In this document: in pieces, positions 47,301-54,213 of the stretch | How positions within the stretch are numbered: position 1 is the stretch's first letter | How the letters are laid out: each line of letters begins with the position of its first letter | Source: Eutreptiella sp. 'Long Island Sound 2002' | Taxonomy: Eukaryota; Protista; Euglenida | Assembly: GCA_964036045.1 (NCBI GenBank) | Contig: OZ038378.1 | Coordinates: forward strand, 22,630,001 to 22,694,000 | Length of the DNA stretch: 64,000 bases | Direction: 5' to 3' | Made by a program: the position numbers and the translations under genes | The notes under the pieces: model-generated | Databases searched by the model: none | Seen by the model: only the letters and a program-made list of their open reading frames with translations | Told to the model about the DNA's origin: nothing

Positions 47301-50300
47301 AAAATACGTTTGTCTCAATCAAAGCACTTGGTGCTTTGATTGAGACCATCGAACAATAGTTGGTCATCAGCATGTTTAGCAGTGCATCTTGTTTATCCTG
47401 GCACCGAGTTTCTCATTGGCTAACGGGTTGAAGAAGAAACCAAAACATCTTGGACCATCAGAAGAATTGGACCTCAGAAAGTAGTACGCCTGAAGCGAAT
47501 TGTGCTGCATTTCAGCCACCCGGCTGGATGCCACACGTTGCAATGTGCACACATCAACCACACGGTGCTGCAAGACACATTTGCACACATTCAAATAACC
47601 ACACGCTCACACGCTCAAACACTCACACACAACAACCATAGCGCCACCGAGAACTCATTTGTTCTGGCACAGGTTGGTTGATCCAAAGGATGTGGGGCAG
47701 GAAGCTCTGCTTTGCCACAGCTGCCTCTTGCCGAGGGAGTCATGTCCCCTGCACCACAAGGTAAGGGCGAGGTTCCCTACCACGCTTTGCACTTTGAGCC
47801 AAATTCATATTCTCTCCTTTGCACAGATCAATGCTGTCAACACTTCAGCGGGCACATTTTTTTGTTTGACCCTGCAGTGTGGAACAGGCATTCTCAGTGC
47901 ACCACGGCTTTTTGTGGTTTTGCATTTGGTGCCCCAGATACCCTTTTGCATGTCAGAAGTGAAGGTGTCTGTTGAATATCAACGTAAGGAAGACAAATGG
48001 AAGGATGCGAAATCTGCTTATGGGGTCATGGGGGGAAGGGGGGGAAGGGGTTAAATGGGTGAGGTCTAAAGGCTGTTCTCAGTCTGAGTCAATGTCAATA
48101 ATGTCATATTCATGCCATTCTTCATTGATACACATAAGAGGGTGGCCCATCGGAAAGGACATCAACATCCACAGCTGTGCCCCACAGATATTAGGCATTT
48201 TCAGCCTGGACACATCCACGCCCTTCAAACACAGGATCCGGTGCCAAGTCACGACCATTTGCAGGGGTTGTCCAGGGGTATGTCAGCAGGCACCCAATAT
48301 TGACCCATCCCACTTGAGCGCTCCGGTATGCCACATGCAAGGATCCAATTCCATTCAATACTTGAAGGTCCAAAAAAAATAATAAAACGGTTCACAGTGT
48401 TCATCCTCAGACACATTCCGCATGCACGTGGGCATACACATGCAGACACGTGTGCTGGCTCACACAATGTGTTGAGGCTGAATGATCAAGTGAGGAGGAG
48501 GATTCTACCTCAAATACCTCAAAATGCTGCCCTGCTTAACACACGCACCATGCAGTACAACATTGTACACATACACGCACCCGTACGCAGAGAAACAGCT
48601 GTTTTAATACAGAAGTGTTGCCCGGGTTTTTCAGGCTGGCCCGCGCAGATATGTGCATGCCGCACATCCCTCTTTTGGGACCCTCCCTTCAAACCCAGCC
48701 ACCGCAGACATTTTGCTCGTTTCATCCATCCATTTGCAGACCAATGCACACGGGAAACATATGTTCAGCACCCATCCCCACTCTCCCCCTCTGGCACCCC
48801 CCCCCCCCCGCCGCCGCTGCAGTGAAAGTGGTAGATCAGCAGGTGAGGCAGAGTGCTATTGCCCAAATTGGGCTGGGCTGCAACCACGCTCTCAATTTAC
48901 AGGTGGTGGTGACGCTTGGGCAAATTGTTGTGCTAAAGCAGAGCTTTCAAGAGGCAGACCGCAAGGGGACTGGACTGCTGGCCTACAGCGAAGTCGAAAA
49001 ATGGGTTGAGGGTCGCTACCGCGCTGGTCTGACGGCAGATGCTGCTGCAACCATGGTAGCCAAGGTGTGTGTGTGTGTGGGTGGGTGTGTGGGGGGGGCA
49101 TGGGCGCGGGCGCGGGCGCGGGCGCCCGTGCGAGCGTGCGTGCGCACGTGTGCACGTGTGCATGCACGTCTGCGTGTGTGTGCATGTGCCGAAGACGCTG
49201 TTCCCCAAAGGCATAGGCCGGGACGCCAGCAGATGGTAGCATGTCATCAGGAATCTCCAGACGGCCCGCGCCCCCTACAGCGTATACCTGGGCAAAGGAG
49301 GCTCCAGGGGGATACGAACACGTGGTCAGGTCAGATATCCCCAGCGTCCACCGTGCATCAGCCCACCCTTCGGGGACGTTGCCATTGCCTCTTGGTATAC
49401 AGATGAGCTGGAGGGAGGAGGGGGCTGCGGATTGTCACGCATTGGGTCCTGCTGTGCTGCCATTCCACACAGTGCCGGCGTCCATTGCATGCCTCACAGG
49501 CCGACACTGACAACAAGGGCGGGCTGTCCATGTGGGAGTTCATCGTCATCCAGCTCTTTAACATCCTGGACCTGCCCCCTGGGGACCTCGGGCCTTGGCT
49601 GCGATTCTGCACCACTGGCTCCAGCCGTCTCACCACCCCCGACCGGTATGGGCATACGTACCCACCCGCCCACCCCGTGTCCGATGTTCCCCGACTACCC
49701 TCCATCCAGCCGGCCCCCCCTGCAGCCCGGCCGGCGCTGAATCCCCGCCATTCAAGTGACGTTGTGAGCCTTCCAGTCCTGGCCTGGGATGGCCAGAAAT
49801 GACCCGTTGTGTTGTGCACATCCGACATGATGCTGATCCCGATGGCCCCTCAATACTGCCCGGCCCAACTAATGTGACCCAGCCCCCAACAACATTGAAG
49901 CCCCCAAGAGTGAGAAAGTTGCCCCCAATAGGACCCCGAACCCCCGACAATACCCGTCCCCAAATATGGCCTCAGCAATGAAACCCCATGAAAACCCAAA
50001 ACTGGAGTACGGCACAGTCCCAGAGCCTGCAGTGCAGCAAGCGCGGCGTGTGACGGGGGGGGGGGGGGGTAGAGGGGGATTTCTGTGACCACCGCAGTGG
50101 GTGTGCAGAGGCCACCACGAGAGAAACCTGCCCCCCATTGATCATTGAGGGAGGGTGCTGTTGGTGAGCACGTGCATTGCCCCGCAGCCCCGAAACAGCT
50201 CACAGTTCCTGGAGTGGATAAGACAAAGGGGTGCCGCCAGGGATTTGTGGGCGGACAATGTGTTCAACAGCCGTTCCACGGCGTTCATTTGTGGCCAGCC

Positions 50301-50711
50301 TTGCCACCGAGTCCGGCAGCTTTGTTTTTCGCATGAGTTTTTCTCAAGGATGCTCAGTGCACACTCAGGACAGGATGTGCCTGCGTCCGGGAGCCAGGAA
50401 CGGGGTGTGTGTAGCAAAGTCCAAGTACAGAGAGGGGACGCTGTGTGTTGGTACACCCTGTCCTTGGCTTCATGAAGGGGGGGGGGGGGGTTGCAGAGCG
50501 CTGGTGTCAGGCTTGCCAAGAATGCGGCCATGCCTCCTTTATGGCCTTTCATCACCTCCCATCCGCTGAACAGTGTGAGACAGCCAGAGCGCCACCAGCC
50601 CCGCCAGAAATGGCATCACTGACCAATTTGGTGGATTTTCACAGAAAAACTGTGTGGCCATCTACCGTGGGACACAAATACTTCTTTGACGTTTCAGAGA
50701 CGCTTGTATAA
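5027..50711 (+). CDS. Large multi-exon gene for a coiled-coil protein with two EF-hand pairs (5' end not found; 3' end tentative)
   Basis: Exons 5027-5364, 6728-6866, 8648-8672, 11015-11206, 14706-14749, 15314-15429, 15620-15728, 20206-20355, 21803-21921, 23515-23734, 24861-24995, 33223-33513, 34756-34820, 45587-45722, 48235-48277, 48823-48842, 48903-49064 and 49500-49645 are all AG/GT bounded. They join in matching phase into one stop-free frame of 2450 nt. Tentative terminal exons: 50199-50310 and 50574-50711. Confidence 0.75.
5705..5908 (+). repeat. ~204 bp dispersed repeat, copy A
   Basis: Near-identical reverse complement at 24104-24307. Confidence 0.9.
6728..6866 (+). CDS. Exon, coiled-coil (AALQERIALLERENADQK...AKRNLETE)
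   Basis: TATTCAG acceptor; first base G completes the CG|G Arg codon from the previous exon; GT donor at 6867. Confidence 0.85.
8648..8672 (+). CDS. Putative 25 bp micro-exon (AATPPKSHG)
   Basis: GTGCAG acceptor, GTCAGC donor; starts phase 0 and ends phase 1, which bridges 6866 to 11015. An in-frame alternative acceptor would start it at 8612. Confidence 0.45.
11015..11206 (+). CDS. Exon, EF-hand pair 1 (DTNSNGVLTYNE ... DPHNTGSVSMWA)
   Basis: Canonical 12-residue loop D-x-N-x-N-G-x-L-T-x-x-E followed by a degenerate second loop; TTTTCAG acceptor; GT donor at 11207 (3' boundary less certain). Confidence 0.8.
12250..13600 (-). mobile_element. Heavily decayed non-LTR (LINE-like) reverse transcriptase fragment
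   Basis: Ordered motif remnants across frameshifts: VTEALTELPTGPSGGSGGYP (resembles ALxxLPxGKxPGxDG), GDLCQRNFRP (NFRPI), CERAFN...LRLLGF (DxEKAFD...L..LGF). Confidence 0.4.
14706..14749 (+). CDS. Putative 44 bp exon (GYANAPKHAPRMSRT)
   Basis: Pyrimidine-rich TTGCAG acceptor, GTATTG donor; phase 1 to phase 0, which bridges 11206 to 15314. Confidence 0.5.
15314..15429 (+). CDS. Exon (AKGIGVPVAPATAFIPQSIANPYSNYAAYALNATAYGH)
   Basis: CCCCAG acceptor, GTATCC donor, C-ending codon bias. Confidence 0.6.
15620..15728 (+). CDS. Exon (MSFSSHSLSSTSPTGQPLKGRRFSGNVSPSAAGALQ)
   Basis: CTACAG acceptor in phase 2 (AG|C Ser), GTACAT donor in phase 0, matching both neighbours. Confidence 0.6.
15811..15932 (+). 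repeat. Clustered GCATGCCGC(A/G) 10-mers, likely hAT subterminal motifs
   Basis: About 8 copies in two clusters, ~260 bp upstream of the transposase start. Confidence 0.7.
16188..16875 (+). mobile_element. hAT transposase N-terminal half (BED-type Zn finger plus CGGBP1-like domain)
   Basis: GKLCCTLCAVWLSSKGAILKHHV and DITRTFSATNIPPEKLGHPEMKEFFAKY...WLP recall CGGBP1 GGKLFCTSCNVVL and ANIPLEKADHPAVRAFL...YLP. Confidence 0.75.
16876..17100. repeat. 3-4 degenerate ~45-75 bp units with internal palindromes
   Basis: Recurrent GGGGAACAC, GGTACATTATCCGGGTAC, GTACC(C/T)GGACGACAGC. Confidence 0.85.
17100..17590 (-). mobile_element. hAT transposase catalytic-core fragment, opposite strand
   Basis: FVVIFANESND...INVLL...LKFLNEVNATAVSDAI...VRLFVHDSPPYMVAA...CVHLPCWPHLL matches the hAT pattern DExxD / SDxAxYM / HxxCxxH; the first Asp appears as Asn. 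Confidence 0.75.
18133..18395. repeat. About 7 AT-rich ~36 bp palindromic units
   Basis: Each unit is ACTTAGT - A-run - T-run - ACTAAGT. Confidence 0.9.
18420..19040. repeat. 84-85 bp GC-rich tandem repeat, 7 units plus a partial
   Basis: GCGGTGGGGAT starts at 18420, 18505, 18589, 18674, 18759, 18843, 18928 and 19013; a variant unit recurs at 254 bp (3-unit) spacing. Confidence 0.95.
19420..19562. repeat. ~60 bp degenerate tandem repeat (about 2.5 copies)
   Basis: CCTCCCTCCTCTGTGCATGCATGCATACG recurs. Confidence 0.85.
20206..20355 (+). CDS. Exon, coiled-coil (VRTDLGVQGRQAEADG...FEREKAEWSLGKDKLE)
   Basis: TGCAG acceptor, GT donor at 20356, phase 0/0. Confidence 0.75.
21481..21758. mobile_element. 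MITE-like element with a perfect 20 bp terminal inverted repeat
   Basis: TGCGTATACGCATATACATG (21481) / CATGTATATGCGTATACGCA (21739); internal GCACAGTGTCTACA repeats; no clear target-site duplication. Confidence 0.6.
21803..21921 (+). CDS. Exon, coiled-coil (VEKDEVQQAKMRAEMEGQEYK...DQHMQR)
   Basis: CTTCAG acceptor, GT donor at 21922, ends phase 2. Confidence 0.8.
23515..23734 (+). CDS. Exon, coiled-coil (MNREKDHLDELGQALKSERE...QQVLQAKE)
   Basis: TTCAG acceptor; first G completes AG|G Arg; GTGTGC donor. Confidence 0.85.
24104..24307 (-). repeat. ~204 bp dispersed repeat, copy B (inverted)
   Basis: Reverse complement of 5705-5908 with scattered substitutions. Confidence 0.9.
24861..24995 (+). 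CDS. Exon, coiled-coil (ELWTSRSDLDNEKRQLQDLRIKLEQQQRE...KAQLQ)
   Basis: GCAG acceptor, GTTGGC donor, phase 0/0. Confidence 0.85.
25320..31315 (+). repeat. 6 kb satellite, 48 bp unit (~125 copies) with higher-order repeats
   Basis: Consensus AGTTGGGGTTAGGGACTCACAATCCACGCTTTGTTGCGTGGCCCCTCG; a marker 49 bp variant recurs at intervals of 625, 289, 385, 385, 433, 385, 625, 577 and 625 bp (48n+1). Confidence 0.98.
31560..32435 (+). mobile_element. Second hAT transposase relic (C-terminal region and dimerisation domain), internally deleted or frameshifted
   Basis: FYRTSSKRMRGL...TGVRWVE...AEGLLDALSHPLFKFTAAFFCDVF...TSKKIQ, then (C)ERVFSY...LWVRCNG, the hAT C-terminal signature. Confidence 0.7.
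32713..32899 (+). pseudogene. SAP-domain coding segment downstream of the hAT relic
   Basis: GKLHDWTKVEFKAICRKHGLSVNGGKGELMELVRVHF fits the SAP pattern (L..L.V.ELK..CR..GL...G.K.EL...L..H); preceded by a pyrimidine-rich CAG acceptor. Confidence 0.6.
33223..33513 (+). CDS. Exon, coiled-coil (VTKSALDDEAADLNRAK...WSKKKSIQ)
   Basis: CTGCAG acceptor, GTGTTG donor, phase 0/0, heptad pattern. Confidence 0.85.
34756..34820 (+). CDS. Exon (VSPTRYESETHALHDWNMLQKR)
   Basis: CTCTCAG acceptor, strong GTATGT donor, phase 0 to 2. Confidence 0.7.
35140..35182 (+). repeat. 43 bp dispersed motif, second copy at 44823-44865
   Basis: TCATCTGTGTGAT(CA/TG)GCATGCACTCACAATCACACCCATGCAT, 41/43 identical. Confidence 0.85.
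36895..37010. repeat. 60 bp tandem duplication
   Basis: GACGACCC...GGTGCCCGTAATTTTACCCGC...GTGTAGGCT at 36895 and 36955. Confidence 0.9.
37490..38597 (+). pseudogene. gag-like ORF1 with internal stops and a C-terminal Cys/His motif
   Basis: One frame through several stops; charged and Ser-rich tracts; ends in CERCGQRHWWHERKEFNC. Confidence 0.55.
38807..39571 (+). pseudogene. Tyrosine recombinase, inactivated
   Basis: Single frame: LLCVSEA (box I, R to C at 39194), WHSLQRSGAAQL (HxxR, R to Q at 39455), AGDWKTPTIALHY (Tyr at 39551). Confidence 0.8.
40380..41870 (+). pseudogene. Reverse transcriptase and RNase H, frameshifted and interrupted
   Basis: KLDLSNYW, RLPFGWSFSP, VYLDD (40777), AGFLISAKS..EPTQRLHFIG; RNase H FCDAA (41446), QQAELLAI, INPADPASR. 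Confidence 0.85.
40956..41144. other. 189 bp insertion in the RT region flanked by a 6 bp direct repeat (GGGGCT)
   Basis: GGGGCT at 40950-40955 and 41145-41150; removing the insert restores EKANVGLLVRIL. Confidence 0.7.
42920..43275. repeat. GC-rich minisatellite, degenerate ~35-40 bp subunits in ~75-80 bp dimers
   Basis: Recurrent GCCCACGGGCCCCAGGAGAAA and GGGG.T.CCC.TGACCC. Confidence 0.85.
45587..45722 (+). CDS. Exon (SAAPMPPVITSQAAPRRNTSSFSVDPSAGRISFALTNTAAPTFSQ)
   Basis: CACTCAG acceptor; first A completes AG|A Arg; GT donor at 45723, phase 0. Confidence 0.65.
47312..47346. other. Perfect hairpin, 16 bp stem and 3 nt loop
   Basis: GTCTCAATCAAAGCAC-TTG-GTGCTTTGATTGAGAC. Confidence 0.95.
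48235..48277 (+). CDS. Putative small exon (DPVPSHDHLQGLSR)
   Basis: ACACAG acceptor, GTATGT donor, phase 0 to 1. Confidence 0.55.
48823..48842 (+). CDS. Putative 20 bp micro-exon (VKVVDQQ)
   Basis: CTGCAG acceptor in phase 1, GTGAGG donor in phase 0, followed by a 60 bp GT-AG intron. Confidence 0.55.
48903..49064 (+). CDS. Exon, EF-hand pair 2, first hand (KQSFQEADRKGTGLLAYSEVEKW)
   Basis: EF-hand helix-loop-helix homologous to 11015-11206; TTACAG acceptor, GTGTGT donor. Confidence 0.8.
49065..49190. repeat. Alternating purine-pyrimidine (GT/GC) tract at an intron 5' end
   Basis: (GT)n, (GCGCGG)n and (GTGC)n directly after the donor at 49065. Confidence 0.85.
49500..49645 (+). CDS. Exon, EF-hand pair 2, second hand (ADTDNKGGLSMWEFI...LTTPDR)
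   Basis: Canonical loop D-x-D-x-K-G-x-L-S-x-x-E; shares SMW.FI with pair 1; CACAG acceptor, GTATGG donor. Confidence 0.8.
50199..50711 (+). CDS. Tentative 3' exons 50199-50310 (SQFLEWIRQRGAARDLWADNVF..) and 50574-50711 (stop)
   Basis: Acceptor at 50197-50198 fits phase 2, and QFLEWIRQRG resembles LAQWLHQRG of EF pair 1; the donor and last exon are uncertain. Confidence 0.4.
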
Positions 50712-51608
50712 GGCTGCCTCTGTTTGGTTGTCTATTTGTTGTATTAATTGTTTGTCTGGTCCGGTGCTTGTGTTGCATGTTCGTTCCCATCTGGTTCTCC
50801 AGAAATGTGCTTTTGTTGCTGGACTGCTTGTTGCATGTAGTGGTCAAATTATTCCCTGATGTCATGCCATCGGTCTTGCCATTCATTTGTCTTGTCTGTC
50901 TGTTTGTTTATTTTTGTGTTTGGTGCCCAGGTCTGTCCTGGGTATATGTGCATGCATGGGTGAGATGCCTGGGGTGGCGGCCTTCGCAGTAACACCAAAA
51001 AAGCTAGTTCCGTATCTGTTGACCCCATACAGTTGCCTGTCCTGTGATTTGTCCACACCTGTGATTGATGATCTTCACAACCATTGATTATACCCGTTGA
51101 CAATCCTGTTGTGTTGTTTGCCTTGATCCCGCCATGCATGGCCTGCAGCTGCAGCCCCCGCAACCGAGGGTGCTGCGGTGCCGTGTTTCTGATTTTCACA
51201 ACAATGTGCAAGGTTTGAAGATTGCTAGGGCAATACCACAATTTTTTTTCGCTGGTAGGTCTGATTGGCCAGGCCAGATGCACCATGGAATATGGCAGCC
51301 AGCCAGACTTTTTCTGATTTTCAGAATCTTCTGCACTGAATTCTCTCCGTGCACAATTTGGGGAGCACCATTTTCTGACCATATAAGCATTTTCCTCTGC
51401 ATTGGATCTCTGCAGTTGACCTGTGCTAGCAAACGTGTTCGTTGAATAAAAGACAGGCTCCACAGGGAAACCCATTCTGCGTTGCGGTGTTGGAGCACCT
51501 GAGGCAGGTAGTTTTCATGAGGCAGGCCCGTCGCATTGTGGGCGATGTTTCTATTGTTTGTTAGGTGTAATGCAATGGATTTTGTCATAGGACCATTGAA
51601 TACTTATC

Positions 51609-51692
51609 AGCATCTGGTGCCATGCAAGGATATATTTCTCTGAGGGTGTTATGAGCATCTGGTGCCATGCAAGCATACATTTCTCTGAGGGT
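51609..51692. repeat. 45 bp tandem duplication
   Basis: AGCATCTGGTGCCATGCAAG...ATTTCTCTGAGGGT at 51609 and 51654. Confidence 0.9.
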
Positions 51693-54213
51693 ATTTTTCT
51701 GCAACCCAATTGTACATATTGTGTGGTTTGAAGTGATGCTGTCACATTACAAAATTTGCAAGTAGTTCTTGTGCTACTACATACTATTTCATTGTTGTTC
51801 TCATTCTATGGTGCTAAATTTTATTGCAAGGGGGACAGAGTGTTTTCACCAGATGCGAAGTTTTCTTCTGCTTGTTTCAATTGCACTGTGCAGCTGGGGG
51901 GGGCATTGTAGCCCTAGTTGGGGGGGGGGGGGGTGCAGACATTTTTTCAATAATGTTTGATGTGTCAGTGTTTGCAAATGGGTGTCTTTCTCCCAGGGCA
52001 CCAGCTTGTTGTACTGTGGCACCAAAGTGCAAGTGCTGAAGAAGACAATGGTTTAAGGACACCCGGTATTTGAGGTTGTCAATTTCAGGTATTTTCAATG
52101 ATTTTGATTCAAATTGTTTTTCATTAACACAAGAAACCAGTATGCTGCATGACGAAAGCATGTATTTTTATTTTAGATTGGGACTGCAAACTGCCATGAA
52201 ACAAGCTATTTTTGCCAACAAAATATTAGCAGTTTTTTCTTTGTAATTTAAGGCGTGTAGGTTTACCACAACACATGCCACATTTGCAGATAGGAGTTGA
52301 ATCAAGTTGGCCCCAAGATTTCATTCACGGGTTATACCAAAGGTCCCGAAGAAAAAACTCAGTCTTTATAATGCTTGCTTGCTTGCTTGTTTGCGAAATG
52401 CTTGCTTTGTATCGAAATGTGCAGTTGCTACTTCGTTCATTCTAGAAAACTCAGATGGCATCCTTTTCAATACATCCCATTGTTGCATCTTTTCTCCCTC
52501 TTCTGTCCATGTTGGCTCTAGCGGCTGCCAAAACGACACAGTGACTCACCATGAATGAGATATAAAATGCCCCAGGTTTAGGTCTTGGAAGGGGATGCAA
52601 CCACAAATCAATCAGTGAGAAAATGCATCAGCAATTGGGATTGTCATTTTTGAGCTTTTCGGCCCAAAGCAGAGAGGAAATTTTTTGAAACCTCTTGGGA
52701 CCCTGCACCCCCAAGGGGGAGTTGTGGCTATATCTCTCATCCTAGGGGTATCCAACTACCATTTAGAGAAGCATTTGATGGTGCCGCGGCTTTTGCCCAA
52801 TCTGTATTGATGTCTACATACGATGAGCTCTGATGGAAGCTCGTGTGATTCAAGAGGGTGGCACCCACCATCGACCACAGACACTCAATGCTTCTCATAG
52901 GGTTTTAGCACAACAGAATGCAAGCGGCTCGTTCTCCAAGCACCGTGATTTGCTAGTCGATCAGTCCGTTCGGATCGAAGAGGTGAGCGGCTTGAGTCCT
53001 TTGCATTTGAAGCCTTTTCTGCATCATACATGCATTACCCAGTCCCTATTTCCACTACAACGGTCTCAATTCCGTGTGATCTTACAATCTCAACCACAGA
53101 ACTGAGACAAGATCGTGTTTATACAGAGGGGTGACTGTAATCCATGTTCAGCAGGTAGCGTGGCTGTCAAACAGCGTAACACTCATTAATAAGACCGGGA
53201 CTAGTGTAGGCATGAGCTAGGGCACACACCTGCCGACCTATGTGGTAGCAGGTAAATGGTGGGTGCACCTAGTTGTTTTTGCTCATAACAACGTTGTAAC
53301 ATGGACTGCAACCTAGGTCTCCGAATCAGCTTGGAAACTGCGGTCCAATCCTTGCTCAGTAAGCACGGCCTCACTGAACCAAGCCATCAATGTGTGACCC
53401 TCGTTTCTTTGACCTGGGCCCCGGGTCACATTATGTTCTCAATCTCTATGGATTGGGACGAAACATGTGCTCCGCGGCAACGCTCAGCAAAGATGCACCA
53501 GCGAGTGTGACAATACTTGTGTGCTCTGCACACAGTGCTTAAGCCTCTGTGACAGTTGCCGAAGCTCAGGAAAGGTGTCAGAGCTCCGGGAAGTGGGAAC
53601 AACTGACTGAATTATTGGAGCGAGAATTTCATTTTCCTGCACGTTTGTTCCGTTACCCTCCCTTTTTTGGACCACTTGTTTTGCAGTTTTCTCCCGGCCT
53701 TAAAGCATCTACCCTCCCCCTGCCCCTCCAACTCGGCCTCTTGCTCTTCGCAAATTTTACTTTGGCGACCTGTATCTAGGGCTGTTACGGTAGGTAGGAG
53801 ATGGCCGCTCTTGACAATCGCCGACCCTGCACCTCAGGAGCCAGCTCGTTAGGAGCACCGACCATGGGTCCTTAGGAGCACCGACCCTAGTAGTACTCCC
53901 CAGAAGGACCGCCCCCGTGCTAGCTGCAGAGCGGCAGTTTTCGTGTCAAGCATTTTGCTCCTAAGGAGCCAGGAGCATTGCTCCCGAGGAGCTAGGGGCG
54001 TGGCTCTTGGGGAACTAGGGTCAAAGGTTGGCATTGCTCCTCAAGAGCTAGGAGCGAAGGAACGGCTGGGGTAAATTTTCGAAAATTGACTGTCAACTAT
54101 AGTCTATGTATGGTCTTTTCCATGTTGAATGCATTTGGAAGTGGAATCGTTGTCCTGAAATTTCATACGTTGGTTTTCCTCAGAGGAGTTGCCATAATTG
54201 ATTGCACTAATAT

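Noticed and set aside
52740-53560. Decayed + strand coding-like sequence
   Set aside because: Several frame switches are needed and no family is recognisable; mentioned only as context for the possible viral relic
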